A stretch of 64,000 nucleotides of DNA, from assembly GCA_963785305.1 (NCBI GenBank), contig CAWAUV010000007.1:288001-352000 (forward strand). The letters run 5' to 3'. Below the pieces are notes generated by a model. That model searched no databases, was not told the origin of the DNA, and saw only the letters and a list, made by a program, of their open reading frames with translations. Made by a program: the position numbers and the translations under genes. Below are positions 25,030-37,504 of the stretch, piece after piece. Within the stretch, counting starts at the first letter, position 1. Every line of letters starts with the position of its first letter. Source of the stretch: an uncultured Planctomycetaceae bacterium. Its GTDB lineage: Bacteria; Planctomycetota; Planctomycetia; Pirellulales; PALSA-1355.

Positions 25030-25934
25030 ATGGCCACTGCTCTCATCCACGCCGCCGGCGACCCGCCGCGACTGTCGCTCGCCGGGCGGGCTCGCGTTTG
25101 GTGGACGATCCTGCGAATTTGCATCGAGGAGCGGCTCGTCTATCGCGGCGATTTCGTGCTCGGCGCGCTCATGCGGTTCATGCCGATCGTGACCCAAGTC
25201 TTTCTCTGGGGCGCGGTGTTCGCCGCCGCGCGCACTCAAGAAATTCGCGGCTGGACCGAAAACAAAATCATCGCCTACTACCTGCTCACGATGATCAGCC
25301 GCGCTTTTTCCAGCATGCCGGGCCTGGCCTCGACGATCGCCGCCCAGGTGCGCTCGGGCGAAATCAAGAAATATCTGATTCAGCCGGTCGACATGATCGG
25401 CTTCTTGCTCTTGAGCCGCGTGGCCCACAAGCTGGTGTATTACATCGTGGCCACGCTGCCGTTCGCCCTGATTTTTTATATCTGCCGCGACTATTTCGCG
25501 CGGAGATCGTCACCACGCCCGAGGGAACGCTCACGCTCGGCGGCTGGCCCGACTTGCCGACGTTCGCCGCGTTTCTCGCCTCGCTGTTCATGGCCTTTCT
25601 GCTGGGTTTCTTCATCGAAGCCACGCTCGGCATGATCGGCTTTTGGTTTCTCGAGGTCAGCTCGCTGCTGTTCGTGTATATGCTGCTGAGCTTCTTTCTC
25701 TCGGGCCACATGTTTCCGATCGATCTGTTGCCATCGCCCTGGCTCGAGCTCGTGGAACTGACTCCGATGAAATACTTGGCCTATTTTCCGGCGGTCGTCT
25801 TCCTGGGCAAAACCCATGGCGCCGACCTGGGCCGCGAACTGCTCATCGAACTGGCCTGGGTCCTAGCGTTCGCGGCCCTGGCCCGAGCGACATTTCACTA
25901 CGGCACGAAACGCTACAGCGCCTTCGGCGGCTAG
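25030..25934 (+). CDS. ABC-2 type permease, frameshift near 25500
   Basis: Hydrophobic protein with EERLVYRGDF, VRSGEIKKYLIQP, FFLSGHMFPIDLLP and KRYSAFGG, immediately after the ATPase. Confidence 0.85.
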
Positions 25935-25948
25935 CCCGCTCCCAACAG

Positions 25949-26296
25949 CTAAAAGCGGCCGCGCTCGGCGAAGCGCCAGGTCGCGATCGCGGGCAGCAGC
26001 AAAAACAGCAAGGGCGCGAAACCGAGCGTGAGCGCCCAGCCGGGATGCTTGGCGAGCGGCAGCCAAAGCATCGGGATTCCGCAGGCGATCATTGCCAGCG
26101 CCCCGAGCTGCACGCATCGCGCGGCATAACGGTTGATGGCGAACCACGCCACGTCGGACTCGAAGGCGCGTGGAATGCGCGCTCCGTACAACGGATTGCG
26201 GCCGATCTTTCCCGCCCGCAGCGGCCAAGCGACCACCGCGATCAGTAGTCCCGCCACGATCCAACTGCCGCCCACGGTCAAACCAACCGGGTCCAT
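25949..26296 (-). CDS. SdpI-family membrane protein
   Basis: IGRNPLYGARIPRAFESDVAWFAINRYAA motif between TM helices. Confidence 0.75.
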   Translation of the reverse strand: MDPVGLTVGGSWIVAGLLIAVVAWPLRAGKIGRNPLYGARIPRAFESDVAWFAINRYAARCVQLGALAMIACGIPMLWLPLAKHPGWALTLGFAPLLFLLLPAIATWRFAERGRF

Positions 26297-26627
26297 CGCA
26301 GACCTCGCGTAATTCGGCGCCACCGCGAATCCCCCGGAAGGGGATTGCAGTCAGTATAAGCTTATAAGCGTCGATCCGCCACGGCTCGATGCCTCGCCCG
26401 AAAAAGCGAGTCTCCGCGGATCGATCCCTTGCGCGGACTTCGCGGGGAGCCCGGCAAATGTGACAATCTGGCGGAATGCGAAGGCTCGCGGAGCGGGCAG
26501 CTTGCCACGCGGCGCATTTTTTGCCCCTTTCGCGGCGTCCACTCCTTGGACGGACTCGCAAATACCGCTAAATTCAATGGCTTGTTCCCAGCCGCCTCCG
26601 CCGCCATGTCGTGAGTCGAATTCCTTG

Positions 26628-29041
26628 ATGTTTAGAAGCCTCGGCAATTTCGTCGCCCGACATTGGCTCGCCGTGCTGGCCTGCTGGGTGGCGATCATGG
26701 TCGTCACGCACTGGTTCGCGCCGCGCTGGAACGACGTGATGCACGACGGCGATTTCGCCTATCTGCCGGCGAACATGCCGAGCGTCGAAGGCGAAACGAT
26801 GATGAGCCGCGCCTTTCCGGCTCAAAAGTCGAAAAGCTCGGTGGCGATCATCATCGCCCGGAGCGACTCGCGTCTCGGCCCCGCCGATCTCGATTGGTCC
26901 GACAAGCTCACGGAATACCTCGCTTCGCATCGCGAGGGGATGCCGATCGTCGATATCTGGAATCGGAACGTCGAGGTGGTGGGCGACAAGCTCATCAGCA
27001 AGCCCACGAAGGCCGGCCAAGCGACCGTGGTGCTCTTGCAATTAACCAATGAATTCACGGCCGCGGGCAATATCGTCGTAATCGATCGGCTGAAGGAGCT
27101 GATTCGCGATTTCACGAAGCAGTCGCCCCGGCCCAAGGGACTCGAGCTGGGCATTTCGGGCTCCGCCGCCCTGGGCGCCGACAATATCTCCTCGGCCAAC
27201 GAAAGCATTCGCAACACCGAGCGCACCACGGTGGTGCTCGTGGTGCTGATTCTGCTGCTCGTGTATCGTGCGCCGGTGCTGGTGGCGGCCCCGCTGGTGA
27301 CGATCGCCCTGTCGCTCTCGCTTTCCACCGATCTGCTCGCCGCGCTCACCCAGGTGGATCGCCTGCCGGGCTTCGAGTGGTGGAACTTCAAGATTTTCAC
27401 CACCACGCGAATATTCATCGTGGTGATTCTGTTCGGCGCGGGCACCGATTTCTGCTTGTTCCTCATTTCAAGATTTAAGGAAGAGCTCGACCACGGCCTG
27501 TTGGCCCGCGAGGCGATCATCGAATCGGTCGCCCAAGTCGGCGCGGCGCTGGTAGGCAGCGCGTTTACCACGATCTGCGGCCTGGGCATGCTGTTTTTCG
27601 CCAGCTTCGGCAAGTTCACCAACAGCGGCCCGGCGATCGCGCTCAGTTTGTTCATCACCCTGCTGGCGTGTTTGACGTTCGCGCCGGCGCTTTTGGTGGC
27701 GTTTGGCAATGGCGTGTTTTGGCCGTTTGCGTCGCGCCACGCCCGGCTGGTGTCGGCCCGCGTGACCGGCGACGCCGAGCGGCGGCAGATGCTCGGCCGG
27801 TTCTGGATTTGGGTGGGCGAGCTCGTCACGCGCCGACCGACGCCGATTCTGCTGGTCAGCGTGCTCCTGCTCACGCCGGTGGCGATCGCCGGCTGGGAAG
27901 TGCGCATCAGCTACGACCTGATCAACGAGCTCTCGCCCACGCGCGACAGCGTGAGAGGGGCGGCGCTCGCCAACAAGTTCTTTCCAGCCGGCGAAACCTC
28001 GCCGCTCACGATCCTCGCCCTGAGAGAAGACAAGCCCTTCAATACGAAAGAGGGCGAACGCGATATCTCCGATCTCTCGAAGATGTTCTATGGGTTCGAA
28101 TCGTCCACGGGCGAGGACGAGATCGTGAGCGTGCGCAGCTTGATGGAGCCGCTGGGCGATCGGCCGGGCTATGTGCAGCCCTTCTCCGCCGCCGGGCTCC
28201 GCCGTCTCACCGCGCGCAAACACAGCGCACCCGGGCGATGTTCCTCTCGCAGGCGCCGGGCCTTGAGAATCGGGTCACGCGGTTCGATCTGGTGATGCGC
28301 TACGAGCCGTTTTCCAGTGAAGCGATCGATCTAGTGAACCGCATCGACCAAAAGCTGATGGTGCTCTCGAAAGATCCGAACAGCCCCTGGCACGGCGCGA
28401 GCTTCGGCCTCCTGGGAACCACGGCCGGCATTCGTGACCTGAAGAGCGTGACCCAGAGCGATCAGACCCTCATTCAGCGGCTCGTGATCCTGGCGGTGCT
28501 CACGGTGCTGGTCATGATCTTGCGGCGGCCGATGATCTGCCTCTACCTGATCGTGTCGGTGGTGTTCAGCTACTGGGTAACGATCGGCGCGACGGAGCTG
28601 TTCTTCGAGTGGTTCTACGGCGCCAGTTTTCGTGGACTGGATTGGAAAGTCCCGCTGTTTCTGTTCGTGATCCTGATCGCCGTGGGCGAAGACTACAATA
28701 TCTATCTGGTTACTCGCGTTTTCGAGGAGCAGCAGCGCTATGGCCGCCTGGGGGGGCTCAGCCATGCCGTGGCCCGCACCGGGGGGATCATCACCAGTTG
28801 CGGGGTGATCATGGCGGGCACGTTTATCTCGATGATGAGCGGCACGCTGCGAGGCATGCTCGAGCTGGGGTTTGCCCTGTCGCTGGGCGTGATGCTCGAC
28901 ACCTGCGTGGTGCGACCGATTCTCGTGCCGGCGTTTTTGGCGCTGAGCTACCATGTGCTCGGCCACTTTCGCCGCGAAAAAGAGCCCACTGGTCCCGAGA
29001 ACCAGTCGTCGGCGCCGGAGCAGGCCCTCATCGAGCGGTGA
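26628..29041 (+). CDS. MMPL/RND-family transporter, frameshift near 28225
   Basis: [19 protein letters not shown] and [18 protein letters not shown]...[16 protein letters not shown]...[13 protein letters not shown]. Confidence 0.9.
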
Positions 29042-29480
29042 GCGGTGATTTGTCGAACGATGACCTGTCGATCGGCGAAGCGTCGAATATTGCAAAGTAT
29101 TGAAGCGCGGCCGTGATCAGGGGGAGTCAAGCACCGCATGTTTCCTCGCTCGCGCGTTGCGTGAGTCCGCATCATGCGCCGGCGACCATTGAGTTGCCCG
29201 CGCGAACCGTAAATTATGCCATGATCCGCGGCATGGATGACAAACTTTTGCACAGTTTGCGGGCGGGAGTCGGTCGAAATCACAGCCGACACGGAGCGTG
29301 CAAAATAGCGCCAAAAATTTTAAGTGTCTGCGGGGTTGAAGCTTCGATACATCGAAGCTGGCGCCGACTCGCTATCGCCGGAAATTTGGGTATGGTGTTT
29401 GCGTAGTGGGGGGGGCTTCGGCGCCGCGGTGCGCCTGCCAGAATCAGCAAAGCATTCGTCTCTTTGAGGAGCACACGACC

Positions 29481-31655
29481 TTGACAAGCACACGTTCGGA
29501 AGCCGTAGCAGCGGCGTTGAATTACAAGCCCAATGGGCACGCCGTCAATTTCAAGGGGACACCGGCCGGCGAATTGTTCGGCGAGAATGTCTTCACGGAC
29601 AAAGTCATGCGTGATCGTTTGGCGAAGCCGGTGTACAAGGCTTTGCAGAAGACGATCAAATTCGGCGAAAAGCTCGATCCGGTGGTGGCCGACGCCGTGG
29701 CCGTGGCCATGAAAGACTGGGCGCTCGAAAAAGGCGCGACCCACTATTGCCACGTGTTCCACCCCCTGACCGGCATCACCGCCGAAAAACACGACAGCTT
29801 CCTATCCCCCACCGGCGATGGTCGCGCGATCGCCGAATTCGGCGGCAAGGAGCTCGTGCAGGGCGAGCCCGACGCCTCGAGCTTCCCCTCGGGCGGCATC
29901 CGCTCGACATTCGAAGCCCGCGGCTACACGGTCTGGGACCCGAGCAGCCCGGCCTATTTGCTCGAAATCGCCAACGGCTCGACCTTGTGCATTCCCACGG
30001 CGTATTGCTCGTGGACCGGCGAAGCGCTCGACAAGAAGACGCCGCTGCTGCGCTCGATGCAGGCGCTGAACTTGCAGGCCCAGCGGATTTTGAAGCTGAT
30101 GGGGCATCACATTACCGATCCGGTCACGGCCTCGGCCGGTCCGGAGCAGGAATATTTCCTGATCGATCGCAATTTCTTCTTCGCCCGGCCCGATCTCGTG
30201 GCTTGCGGCCGCACGCTTTACGGCGCCAAGCCGCCCAAGGGCCAGGAGTTCGAGGACCACTATTTTGGCGTGATTCCCGACCGCGTGCTGAATTTCATGC
30301 TCGACGCCGAGCGGGAATTGTTCCGTTTGGGGGTGCCGGCCAAGACGCGTCACAACGAAGTGGCCCCCTCGCAACACGAGCTCGCGCCGCTTTATGAAAA
30401 CGCGAACCTCGCCACCGATCATCAGCAGACCGCGATGCTGGTGCTCCAAAAAACGGCCCAGAAGTACGGCATGAGCTGCCTGCTGCATGAAAAGCCGTTT
30501 GCCGGGGTGAACGGCTCGGGCAAGCACGTCAACTGGTCGTTTGGTTGCAGCCTGGGCAACTTGCTCGACCCGGGCGAGAGCCCCCACGAAAACGCCCAGT
30601 TCCTGCTCTTCTGCGCGGCGGTAATTCGCGCCGTGCATCTGCACGCCGATCTGTTGCGGGCCGTGGTGGCGTTTTCGCCCAACGATCATCGTCTGGGCGC
30701 CAACGAGGCCCCGCCGGCCATCATCTCGATCTTCCTCGGCGATCAGCTTTCCGACATTTTCGACACGATCGCCGGTGGTGGAGAGCATCCGACCAAGAAG
30801 ACCACGGCGATGAGCATCGGCGTCGACGTGCTGCCGAAGCTCGCCAAGCACACGACCGACCGCAACCGCACCAGCCCATTTGCCTTCACGGGCAACCGGT
30901 TCGAGTTCCGCGCCGTGGGCTCGTCGCAGTCGATCGCCGGATCGCTCGTGGCGCTCAACACGATCATGGCCGAGAGCTGCGACTTCGTGGCTACAGAGCT
31001 TGAGAAGATGGTCGGCTCGGATTCGTCGAAGCTGCCGGCCGCCATTCAAAAGGTGGTCGGACAACTGTGGAAGGAGCACAAGGCGATCGTGTTCAACGGC
31101 GACGGCTATTCGGAAGCTTGGCACGCCGAGGCCGAGAAGCGCGGTTTGCCCAACGCCAAGAACACCGTGGCCGCGCTGCCCGCGCTCGTGAGCAAGACGA
31201 ACGTTGCCATGTTCGAGAAATATGGCGTGCTCTCCTCACGCGAGTTGCACAGCCGCTACGACGCCTATGTCGAGCGCTACTGCAAGGATGTGAACACCGA
31301 GAGCCTCGCCGCGCTCAGTATCGCCAAGACGATGATTCTGCCGGCCGCTTTCCGCTACGAACGCGAGCTCGCCGAAATCGCGGCGTCGCTCAAGGCCGTG
31401 GGCAAGGACCCGCATCTCGACACGCTCGACATCCTGACCGGCCTGGTCAGCAAGTTCGAAGTCGAGATCAAGAAGCTCGAAAAGGCGATCGATCACGAAG
31501 CCTCGGGCGACCTCCTCGCGCACGCCAAGCACTTCTGCGTTGAAGTGCTGCCGGCGATGGCCGATGTTCGCAAGGTGGCCGATGAGCTCGAGACGATCGT
31601 GGCCGACGACCTCTGGCCGCTGCCGACCTATCGCGAGATGCTGTTCATCAAGTAA
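29481..31655 (+). CDS. glnA: Glutamine synthetase type III
   Basis: [70 protein letters not shown] and [11 protein letters not shown]. Start set at TTG 29481 after GAGGAG. Confidence 0.95.
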   Translation: MTSTRSEAVAAALNYKPNGHAVNFKGTPAGELFGENVFTDKVMRDRLAKPVYKALQKTIKFGEKLDPVVADAVAVAMKDWALEKGATHYCHVFHPLTGITAEKHDSFLSPTGDGRAIAEFGGKELVQGEPDASSFPSGGIRSTFEARGYTVWDPSSPAYLLEIANGSTLCIPTAYCSWTGEALDKKTPLLRSMQALNLQAQRILKLMGHHITDPVTASAGPEQEYFLIDRNFFFARPDLVACGRTLYGAKPPKGQEFEDHYFGVIPDRVLNFMLDAERELFRLGVPAKTRHNEVAPSQHELAPLYENANLATDHQQTAMLVLQKTAQKYGMSCLLHEKPFAGVNGSGKHVNWSFGCSLGNLLDPGESPHENAQFLLFCAAVIRAVHLHADLLRAVVAFSPNDHRLGANEAPPAIISIFLGDQLSDIFDTIAGGGEHPTKKTTAMSIGVDVLPKLAKHTTDRNRTSPFAFTGNRFEFRAVGSSQSIAGSLVALNTIMAESCDFVATELEKMVGSDSSKLPAAIQKVVGQLWKEHKAIVFNGDGYSEAWHAEAEKRGLPNAKNTVAALPALVSKTNVAMFEKYGVLSSRELHSRYDAYVERYCKDVNTESLAALSIAKTMILPAAFRYERELAEIAASLKAVGKDPHLDTLDILTGLVSKFEVEIKKLEKAIDHEASGDLLAHAKHFCVEVLPAMADVRKVADELETIVADDLWPLPTYREMLFIK

Positions 31656-31700
31656 CACGGCTCGCGCGTTTGGCGCCTAATATTCAGCCCGGTGCTTTCG

Positions 31701-31739
31701 AGCCCCGCGAAGGGCGAAACCTTTCGCGGGGCTATTTTT
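31701..31739 (+). terminator. Rho-independent terminator after glnA
   Basis: AGCCCCGCGAAGG-GCGAAA-CCTTTCGCGGGGCT hairpin followed by ATTTTT. Confidence 0.85.
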
Positions 31740-32242
31740 GCGCCAGGCGCTGCTGCCCACATGGCGCCATCGAACGCCGCGCTGTTGAAGGCCGCGCCGG
31801 CCAACTCGCCGCCTTGCTACTATCGCCAGCAGGGCGTTTTTATTTGCCTAACCGATTCGGAGGGCGAATCCGTTTCAGTTTCGTCCGCTCGGTGGCCGAT
31901 CAACTCTACGTACGACATACAGCCGGCACAACCGTTATAAGCTTCCACGATCGGCCGAAATGGGGCTGTCGAGGGGCGCTTAAACTCGGCCGCTGGCATT
32001 TGACAGGCCGGGGCGCCCGCCCGATTTGCGGTAATGCCGGCTCGGCGGAAATCGCCCCGCCTGTCCAAAACAACGGTTGCGACCTCGCGTGGCTCCCGCG
32101 CCGCGCCGGCCCGCAAAAGACCCAACTTCCGGCCTTTTGGCGCCGCCTCCGTCATGCGGACGCGTCGGGCGCGCCCAGGGCTCACGATCGATTCAGCGCG
32201 GCGGCGCGAGCGAAGCGCCGGCCGGCGCGAGGAGCGTTGCCC

Positions 32243-32737
32243 GTGATTCCTATCGCTCCCGTGGGTGGACTCGCCACTTCCTTGGCGTCGACCGCCAGTT
32301 CCGCCGGCTCTCGCATGGCGAGCCCCTTCGCGAATGTGCTCGGCAAAGCCACCGCCCAGAGCGGCCAACAGGCCAGCAATCCGGCGGCGGTCGTGGCGCC
32401 CAATGCGCCAGCGACACAGCAGCAGCAGGCGAACAACGCCCTGGCGGCCTTTCGCCAGCAATTCCAAAGCCTGCTCGCGGCCAACAACATTTCGACCAGC
32501 CAGCCGATCCAATTGATGAGCGACGGACACGGCGGCATCGATATCGCGCCCGGCGCCCCGAATGCCAGCCAGATCAAGAGCCTGCTGCAAAATCATCCGG
32601 AAATCACGAGTCAATTCGCCTCGCTCTCGCAGACTTTTCTTTCGCTCCGCGCGGCCGATCCCACGCAAGCCGCGAGCGCGCAAAACATCCTCAACGTCAC
32701 GCTGTCGGGCTCTCAGGCGACCGTATCGTTTTCATGA
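32243..32737 (+). CDS. Hypothetical Ala/Ser/Gln-rich protein
   Basis: 3' half of ORF 31670-32737 from GTG 32243 has protein-like composition; no family recognised. Confidence 0.55.
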   Translation: MIPIAPVGGLATSLASTASSAGSRMASPFANVLGKATAQSGQQASNPAAVVAPNAPATQQQQANNALAAFRQQFQSLLAANNISTSQPIQLMSDGHGGIDIAPGAPNASQIKSLLQNHPEITSQFASLSQTFLSLRAADPTQAASAQNILNVTLSGSQATVSFS

Positions 32738-34141
32738 TCGCTTCGGCCGCCTGTTCGCCGCCATGGACACAGTGGGGAATGCCCACTCCGCGATAGGCGG
32801 CCCCGGCGAGCGCCAGCCCAGGCCGCCGGGCGACAAGCGCCTCGATCGCCTCGACCCGCGCAAGTGGCCCAGCGTGTATTGCGGCATTGCATTCGTCCAG
32901 CGCGCGAGCCACGTCATGATCGGCGGTCCCGAGATCGCCAGCAACTCGCCGAGCTCTTGGGTCGCTAGGCCAATCAGTTCGCGATCGTCGCCCGCGAGCA
33001 GTTCACTCTGACAAGCCCCGCCAATGAACACCCGCGCGAGTAAGGCGTCGTCGGGCGCCCGCCCGGGATATTTGACACTCGAAAAGCTCGCCGCCAAGAT
33101 GCGCCGCTTTTCGCGGGCCGGGACCACGAATCCAAACGCATCGAGCGGCCGGCCGACCTGGGTCAAGCGATAGCCGAGCGACACCACGGCGGTCGACGCA
33201 TACTCGATCGCCGCGAGGGCCGAGGCTAGGTCGGCCTCGCCGGCGAGTATTTCGGCGGCGCGTGGGGCCGGCGCGGCCACGATCACCGCGTCGGCGACGA
33301 TCGTCTCCGGCGCCGCCGATCCGCCCAGCTCGACAAGCCAGCCCCGCCCGCCCGATGGCGCAACGCGCGCGACCGGCGTGTTCAATCGCACTCGTTTGGG
33401 CTCCAGAACTTCCGCAATGCGCGCCACGAGCCGATCCATGCCCTCGCGCGGCGCGACAAACATGCCATAGCGCGCTCCGCTGGCAAAACCCGATTCGCCG
33501 CCGCCGCGCAGCTCGCGTCGAGCAGCCGCCGAGAGCAAGCTACCGTGGCGCGCTTCAAGCGAAAGAAAACGCGGCAAGGTGGCGGCCAAGCTCAGCCGCT
33601 CGGGATCGGCCGTGTAGATGCCGCCGACGAGCGGTTGAATCAGCCGCTCGAAAACCTCGGCGCCAAAACGGCGTCGGGCAAACGACGCCAAGCTCTCATC
33701 GCCGGCAGCTCGCCGTCGCACAAGCGGCTCGGCCAGGAGCCGCAATTTTCCGCGAGGGCTCAAGATCGGCGTCGTGAGCATCGGCCACACTTGGCCCGGC
33801 GCCATGAGTGAAAAGCCGCGCGGCACATTCACAAGCCGGCCGCGAAAAACAACCTGGGCCCGGCGATTTGCCGAATGGGTCGGTATTAGTTCCGCTTCAA
33901 AGCCGGCGCGGCGGCAAAGGTCGATCGCCCAGGGAACGTTGGTGATGAAATTGTCGGCGCTTTGCTCGATCAAGAAGCCATCGCGCCGCTCGGAGCCCAA
34001 CACGCCGCCAAGTCGGGCGCCGGCTTCGAGCAAGGTCAAGCATGCTCGCGGGGCGAGCTCGAGGCAGCGCCGCGCGGCGGCCAATCCGGCAATGCCGCCG
34101 CCAACGACCACGATCCGAGGACTGGATTCGGTGGCGCTCAA
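32697..34141 (-). CDS. hemY: Protoporphyrinogen/coproporphyrinogen III oxidase (HemY type), frameshift near 32865
   Basis: FAD motif VVVGGGIAGLAAA, LEAGARLGG, GGIYTADPERLS and AMPQY. The C-terminus LAGAAYRGVGIPHCV is in ORF 32697-32912. Confidence 0.92.
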
Positions 34142-34146
34142 GTCGG

Positions 34147-35481
34147 TCAGGGCCCCAGGTCGTTCGTGACGGGCGAGGGCCCGAGCTCGCGTCGGCCGCC
34201 AGCCGGAAGTCCGGTGTTGTAAGGCGAGGCCGGCGGCCCATAAGGATTGCCCCCCGCGCCGAAACCGCTTCCGGCGCCCCGACCGGCGCCCGCGCCATAA
34301 CCCTGACCGGCGCCCGCGCCATAACCCGCGCCGGGCCCCGCGGCGCCGTATCCGCCGCCGGGACCATAGCCTCCCGGGCTCGCCGCCGGAGCATAAGGCG
34401 AAGCGATCGGACCATAGGGACTGATCGAGCGGCGCGGAGCGGCCTCGGGGTCTTGAATGCCGGTGCTGCGAATCGTGCCCACATAGGGCGAGCGGCCCGG
34501 CGCGTGCATGGGCGTGCCGCCCAGGCCATAGCCGTTTTGTCCGAGCGAATTGCTCGGGCCGGTCGGACCGATCGGGCCGGCGCCGGTGACGGGCGGGCCG
34601 ATCGCGGTGCTTACCGGCTGCGACAAGCGCGGCGTCGACAAAAGGCCGCTGTCGCCAGGGGTTCGACCCGCGCCGAACTTCGACGACGGCCGACTTGGCG
34701 AACCAAAACCACCACCGCTCCAGCCGTTGGCGCCTAGCGGCTCGCCCGGCTTGGGCGCTTGCACTCCGAAGAGCTGTTCGGTCATCGAGCGATGATCGAC
34801 CACGAGCGGCTGACCGCCGGAGTCTTGCACCGTGGTCGACATCGCGCCGTAGTCGGTCTGCTTTTGTTTGAGGCCCTCGATCTGGCGATCGGTCGAGTCT
34901 TGTTCGTCCTCGGGATGCTCCGGCCGATTGAGAGCGCTGAACTGTTCGGCCTGAGTTTTCGGACGACTCCGGCGGTCGTCGAACACCGATGATTTCTTCT
35001 TGCTGGACTTCGCGCTCGACGACGAAGGCGCGTCGGGCAGCACATCGCGCACGGCGTCATCGCTGTCGGGATTGAAGATAAACGCTTGCGAATAGGTCGG
35101 ATCGAGCTTCTTAGCGATCCGCTCGTCGGCCTGACTTTTTTCGAGTTCGCCCAGCTCTTTATAGATGATGGCGCGCTGGTAATAACTCTCGGACTCACTC
35201 GGCGCGAGTCGAATCGCTTCCGAATAGTCCACCAGCGATCGCTCGCGGTTGCCCAGCAGCAGATATGCCTTGGCGCGGCAGGCAAAGGCCGCGCCCTCGT
35301 CGGGCTTGGCCTTGATCGCTTCGTCGGCGGCGGTGATGGCTTCCTGCCACTTGCCCTGCTTGAGTAGATATTGCGCTTTTTCGAGCGGGCTCATCGAAGC
35401 AGTGGCATCGCAGCCGGCCAAGGCCATCGCGAGCGCGCCGAGCACAAGGCCCGCCAAGCAGGTACGAATCGCGCGAGGCAT
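34147..35481 (-). CDS. TPR-containing lipoprotein with Gly/Pro/Tyr-rich disordered tail
   Basis: Lipobox LALAGC-like (MALAGC), three TPR-like repeats, and GAGYGAGAGQGYG repeats. Confidence 0.8.
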   Translation of the reverse strand: MPRAIRTCLAGLVLGALAMALAGCDATASMSPLEKAQYLLKQGKWQEAITAADEAIKAKPDEGAAFACRAKAYLLLGNRERSLVDYSEAIRLAPSESESYYQRAIIYKELGELEKSQADERIAKKLDPTYSQAFIFNPDSDDAVRDVLPDAPSSSSAKSSKKKSSVFDDRRSRPKTQAEQFSALNRPEHPEDEQDSTDRQIEGLKQKQTDYGAMSTTVQDSGGQPLVVDHRSMTEQLFGVQAPKPGEPLGANGWSGGGFGSPSRPSSKFGAGRTPGDSGLLSTPRLSQPVSTAIGPPVTGAGPIGPTGPSNSLGQNGYGLGGTPMHAPGRSPYVGTIRSTGIQDPEAAPRRSISPYGPIASPYAPAASPGGYGPGGGYGAAGPGAGYGAGAGQGYGAGAGRGAGSGFGAGGNPYGPPASPYNTGLPAGGRRELGPSPVTNDLGP

Positions 35482-35594
35482 TGCGATACCCAGAGAGTGA
35501 GCCGCGAGGGAAAAGCGTGAGAATTCGGCGCCGATGACCTACCGTGAATCATAGCTTTTCCTGGCAAAATAGGCAAGATCGCGGAGCGTGTCAT

Positions 35595-36844
35595 CAGGGC
35601 CAATCATTGTTCTAGTCTAGCGGAAGTCTCCCGCGTAGGATGAGTGTGTACGTGCGTCCACTCACCTTCATTCTGCTGGAGATGCTTGCATGGCGACTGC
35701 CGAAGCAACGAGTCTGCTCGATTTCTTGTCGCGGATTCCCGATCCTCGTGGGCGGCGGGGGCGACGCTTTTCGCTCTCGGCCATGATGGCCACCGTGGTT
35801 TGCGGAATCCTTTGCGGCCACCGAGGTTACAAGGCGATCGCCGATTGGATCGCGTCGCAGGACCGAAAAATCTGGTGGTTGCTGGGCTATTGGCGCAAGC
35901 CTCCTTGCGCCAATGCCTTCCGTGATCTGATCCTGGCCCTCGACCCCGTGATTTTAGAGCAGTGCGTGCGAGAATGGGTCGAGTCGCAACTGGGCGAGGT
36001 TGTGGATGAGGCAAAGTTGTCCGCCGTCGCGATGGATGGCAAGTCCCTGTGCGGAGTGCTGAACGCGCACGGACGGACGGCCCATCTGCTGTCCTTGTAC
36101 GACCAAGAAACCGGCTATGTCTTGAGTCAAATGGAAGTCGATGGCAAGACCAACGAGATCACCGCCGCGCCGGAACTCTTGGAAACGATCGTCTTGAAAG
36201 GCCGCGTCATCACGGGCGACGCCCTGCTGTGTCAGCGCGAGATCTGCCAGAAAATCATCGACGGCGGCGGGCATTATCTCCTGGTGGTCAAAGACAATCA
36301 GCCGACTCTAATGCAGGCCATCGCCGCCGAGTTCGAGCCGGCCTTTTCCCCCCTATAACGAGAAGCAACGCCAATCCCATCTCGATGTCGCCGAAACGTT
36401 GAACAAGGGACACGGCCGGCGAGAACATCGCTCTCTGCAAGCTTCGACCCGGTTGGCGAAGCACTTGGATTGGCCCGGCCTGGAGCAGGTCTGCCGACTC
36501 GACCGCACGACCTGGCGCAAGGGCATTCAGACCCACGAAGTGGCGTATGCCATTTCCAGCGCACCACGACCCAAAGGCTCGGCCGCCGACCTGCTGGGCT
36601 GGTGGCGCGGGCACTGGGGCATCGAAAACAAGTCCCACTGGGTTCGCGACGTGGTTCTGGGCGAGGACGCCTGCCGAATCCGCAAGGGCAGCGCGCCCAG
36701 GCGTTCAGCACGCTCCGCAATGCGGGCCTTACCCTCCTACGATCGCTAGGCTGCACCCAAATCGCCCAAACTCTGCGAGAAAACGCCGCCCGAGTCGACC
36801 GCCTCCTCACCAGACTCGGCATCTTGAAAGAATGAGCGACCCTG
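35595..36844 (+). mobile_element. ISAs1-family insertion sequence, 1250 bp, with 10-bp target duplication
   Basis: Imperfect IRs CAGGGCCAATCATT / AATGAGCGACCCTG. Direct repeat AGCGTGTCAT at 35585-35594 and 36845-36854. Confidence 0.92.
35690..36835 (+). CDS. ISAs1-family DDE transposase, split in frame at ~36350 and ~36697
   Basis: IPDPR, AMDGKSL, KTNEITA, ITGDALLCQ, VKDNQP; then KGHGRREHR and RGHWGIENKSHWVRDVVLGED. Confidence 0.9.
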
Positions 36845-37086
36845 AGCGTGTCATGCATTTTGGTAAATCCCGGCCCCCGAGCGCCGTTGCGGTTGGAAAA
36901 TCCGCGCTGCGCAGTTTAGGTTAGGCAGAGGCATGGACGGGCTTAAATGAAGTTCCTCAATTAGGCCGCCTACAATTTCCGCTCGCGCCGGTAAGATTTA
37001 CCGCACACCCGCGGCGATTGCGATGGGGGCGAATCGCTCGTGGCCCCCTCGACGGTTTGCTGAACACTTGGATGGCGATGCGTTTT

Positions 37087-37504
37087 ATGGACCCGCTGAC
37101 CAACGAGGGCCGGTCAGCGCTCGATGCGCTGCGTCCGCGGTAAGAACTCGCGGCCGGAACTCATAGTGCGGAGCTTGATTCATCGTCTCGGCTATCGCTT
37201 TAGGCTTCACGCAGCTGATCTTCCCGGGCGACCTGATATCGTATTGCGGCGCCTTCGCGCGGCGATTTTCGTCAACGGCTGTTTTTGGCATCGGCACAAC
37301 GGCTGTGCTCGGACCACGATGCCGAAAACGCGAGCTGATTTTTGGCGCCGGAAATTCGCCGCGAATGTCCGCCGGGACCGCGCGACATGCCGAGCATTGC
37401 GCCGATCTGGCTGGCGCGTGCTGGTGGTATGGGAGTGCGAACTGGCGAATGTCGATGGCGTTACGCGAGTAATTCGGCGATTTTTGGAGAAGGGCGCGAC
37501 GTGA
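37087..37504 (+). CDS. vsr: Very-short-patch-repair endonuclease (frameshift near 37120)
   Basis: MDPLT...RS, then MRCVRGKNSRPEL, LPGRPDIV, IFVNGCFWHRH, FWRRKFAANVRRD and GWRVLVVWECEL. Confidence 0.92.

Noticed and set aside
29359..29375. Sigma54 promoter upstream of glnA (TGGCGC...TCGCT)
   Set aside because: GG-to-GC spacing is 9 nt rather than the required 10.
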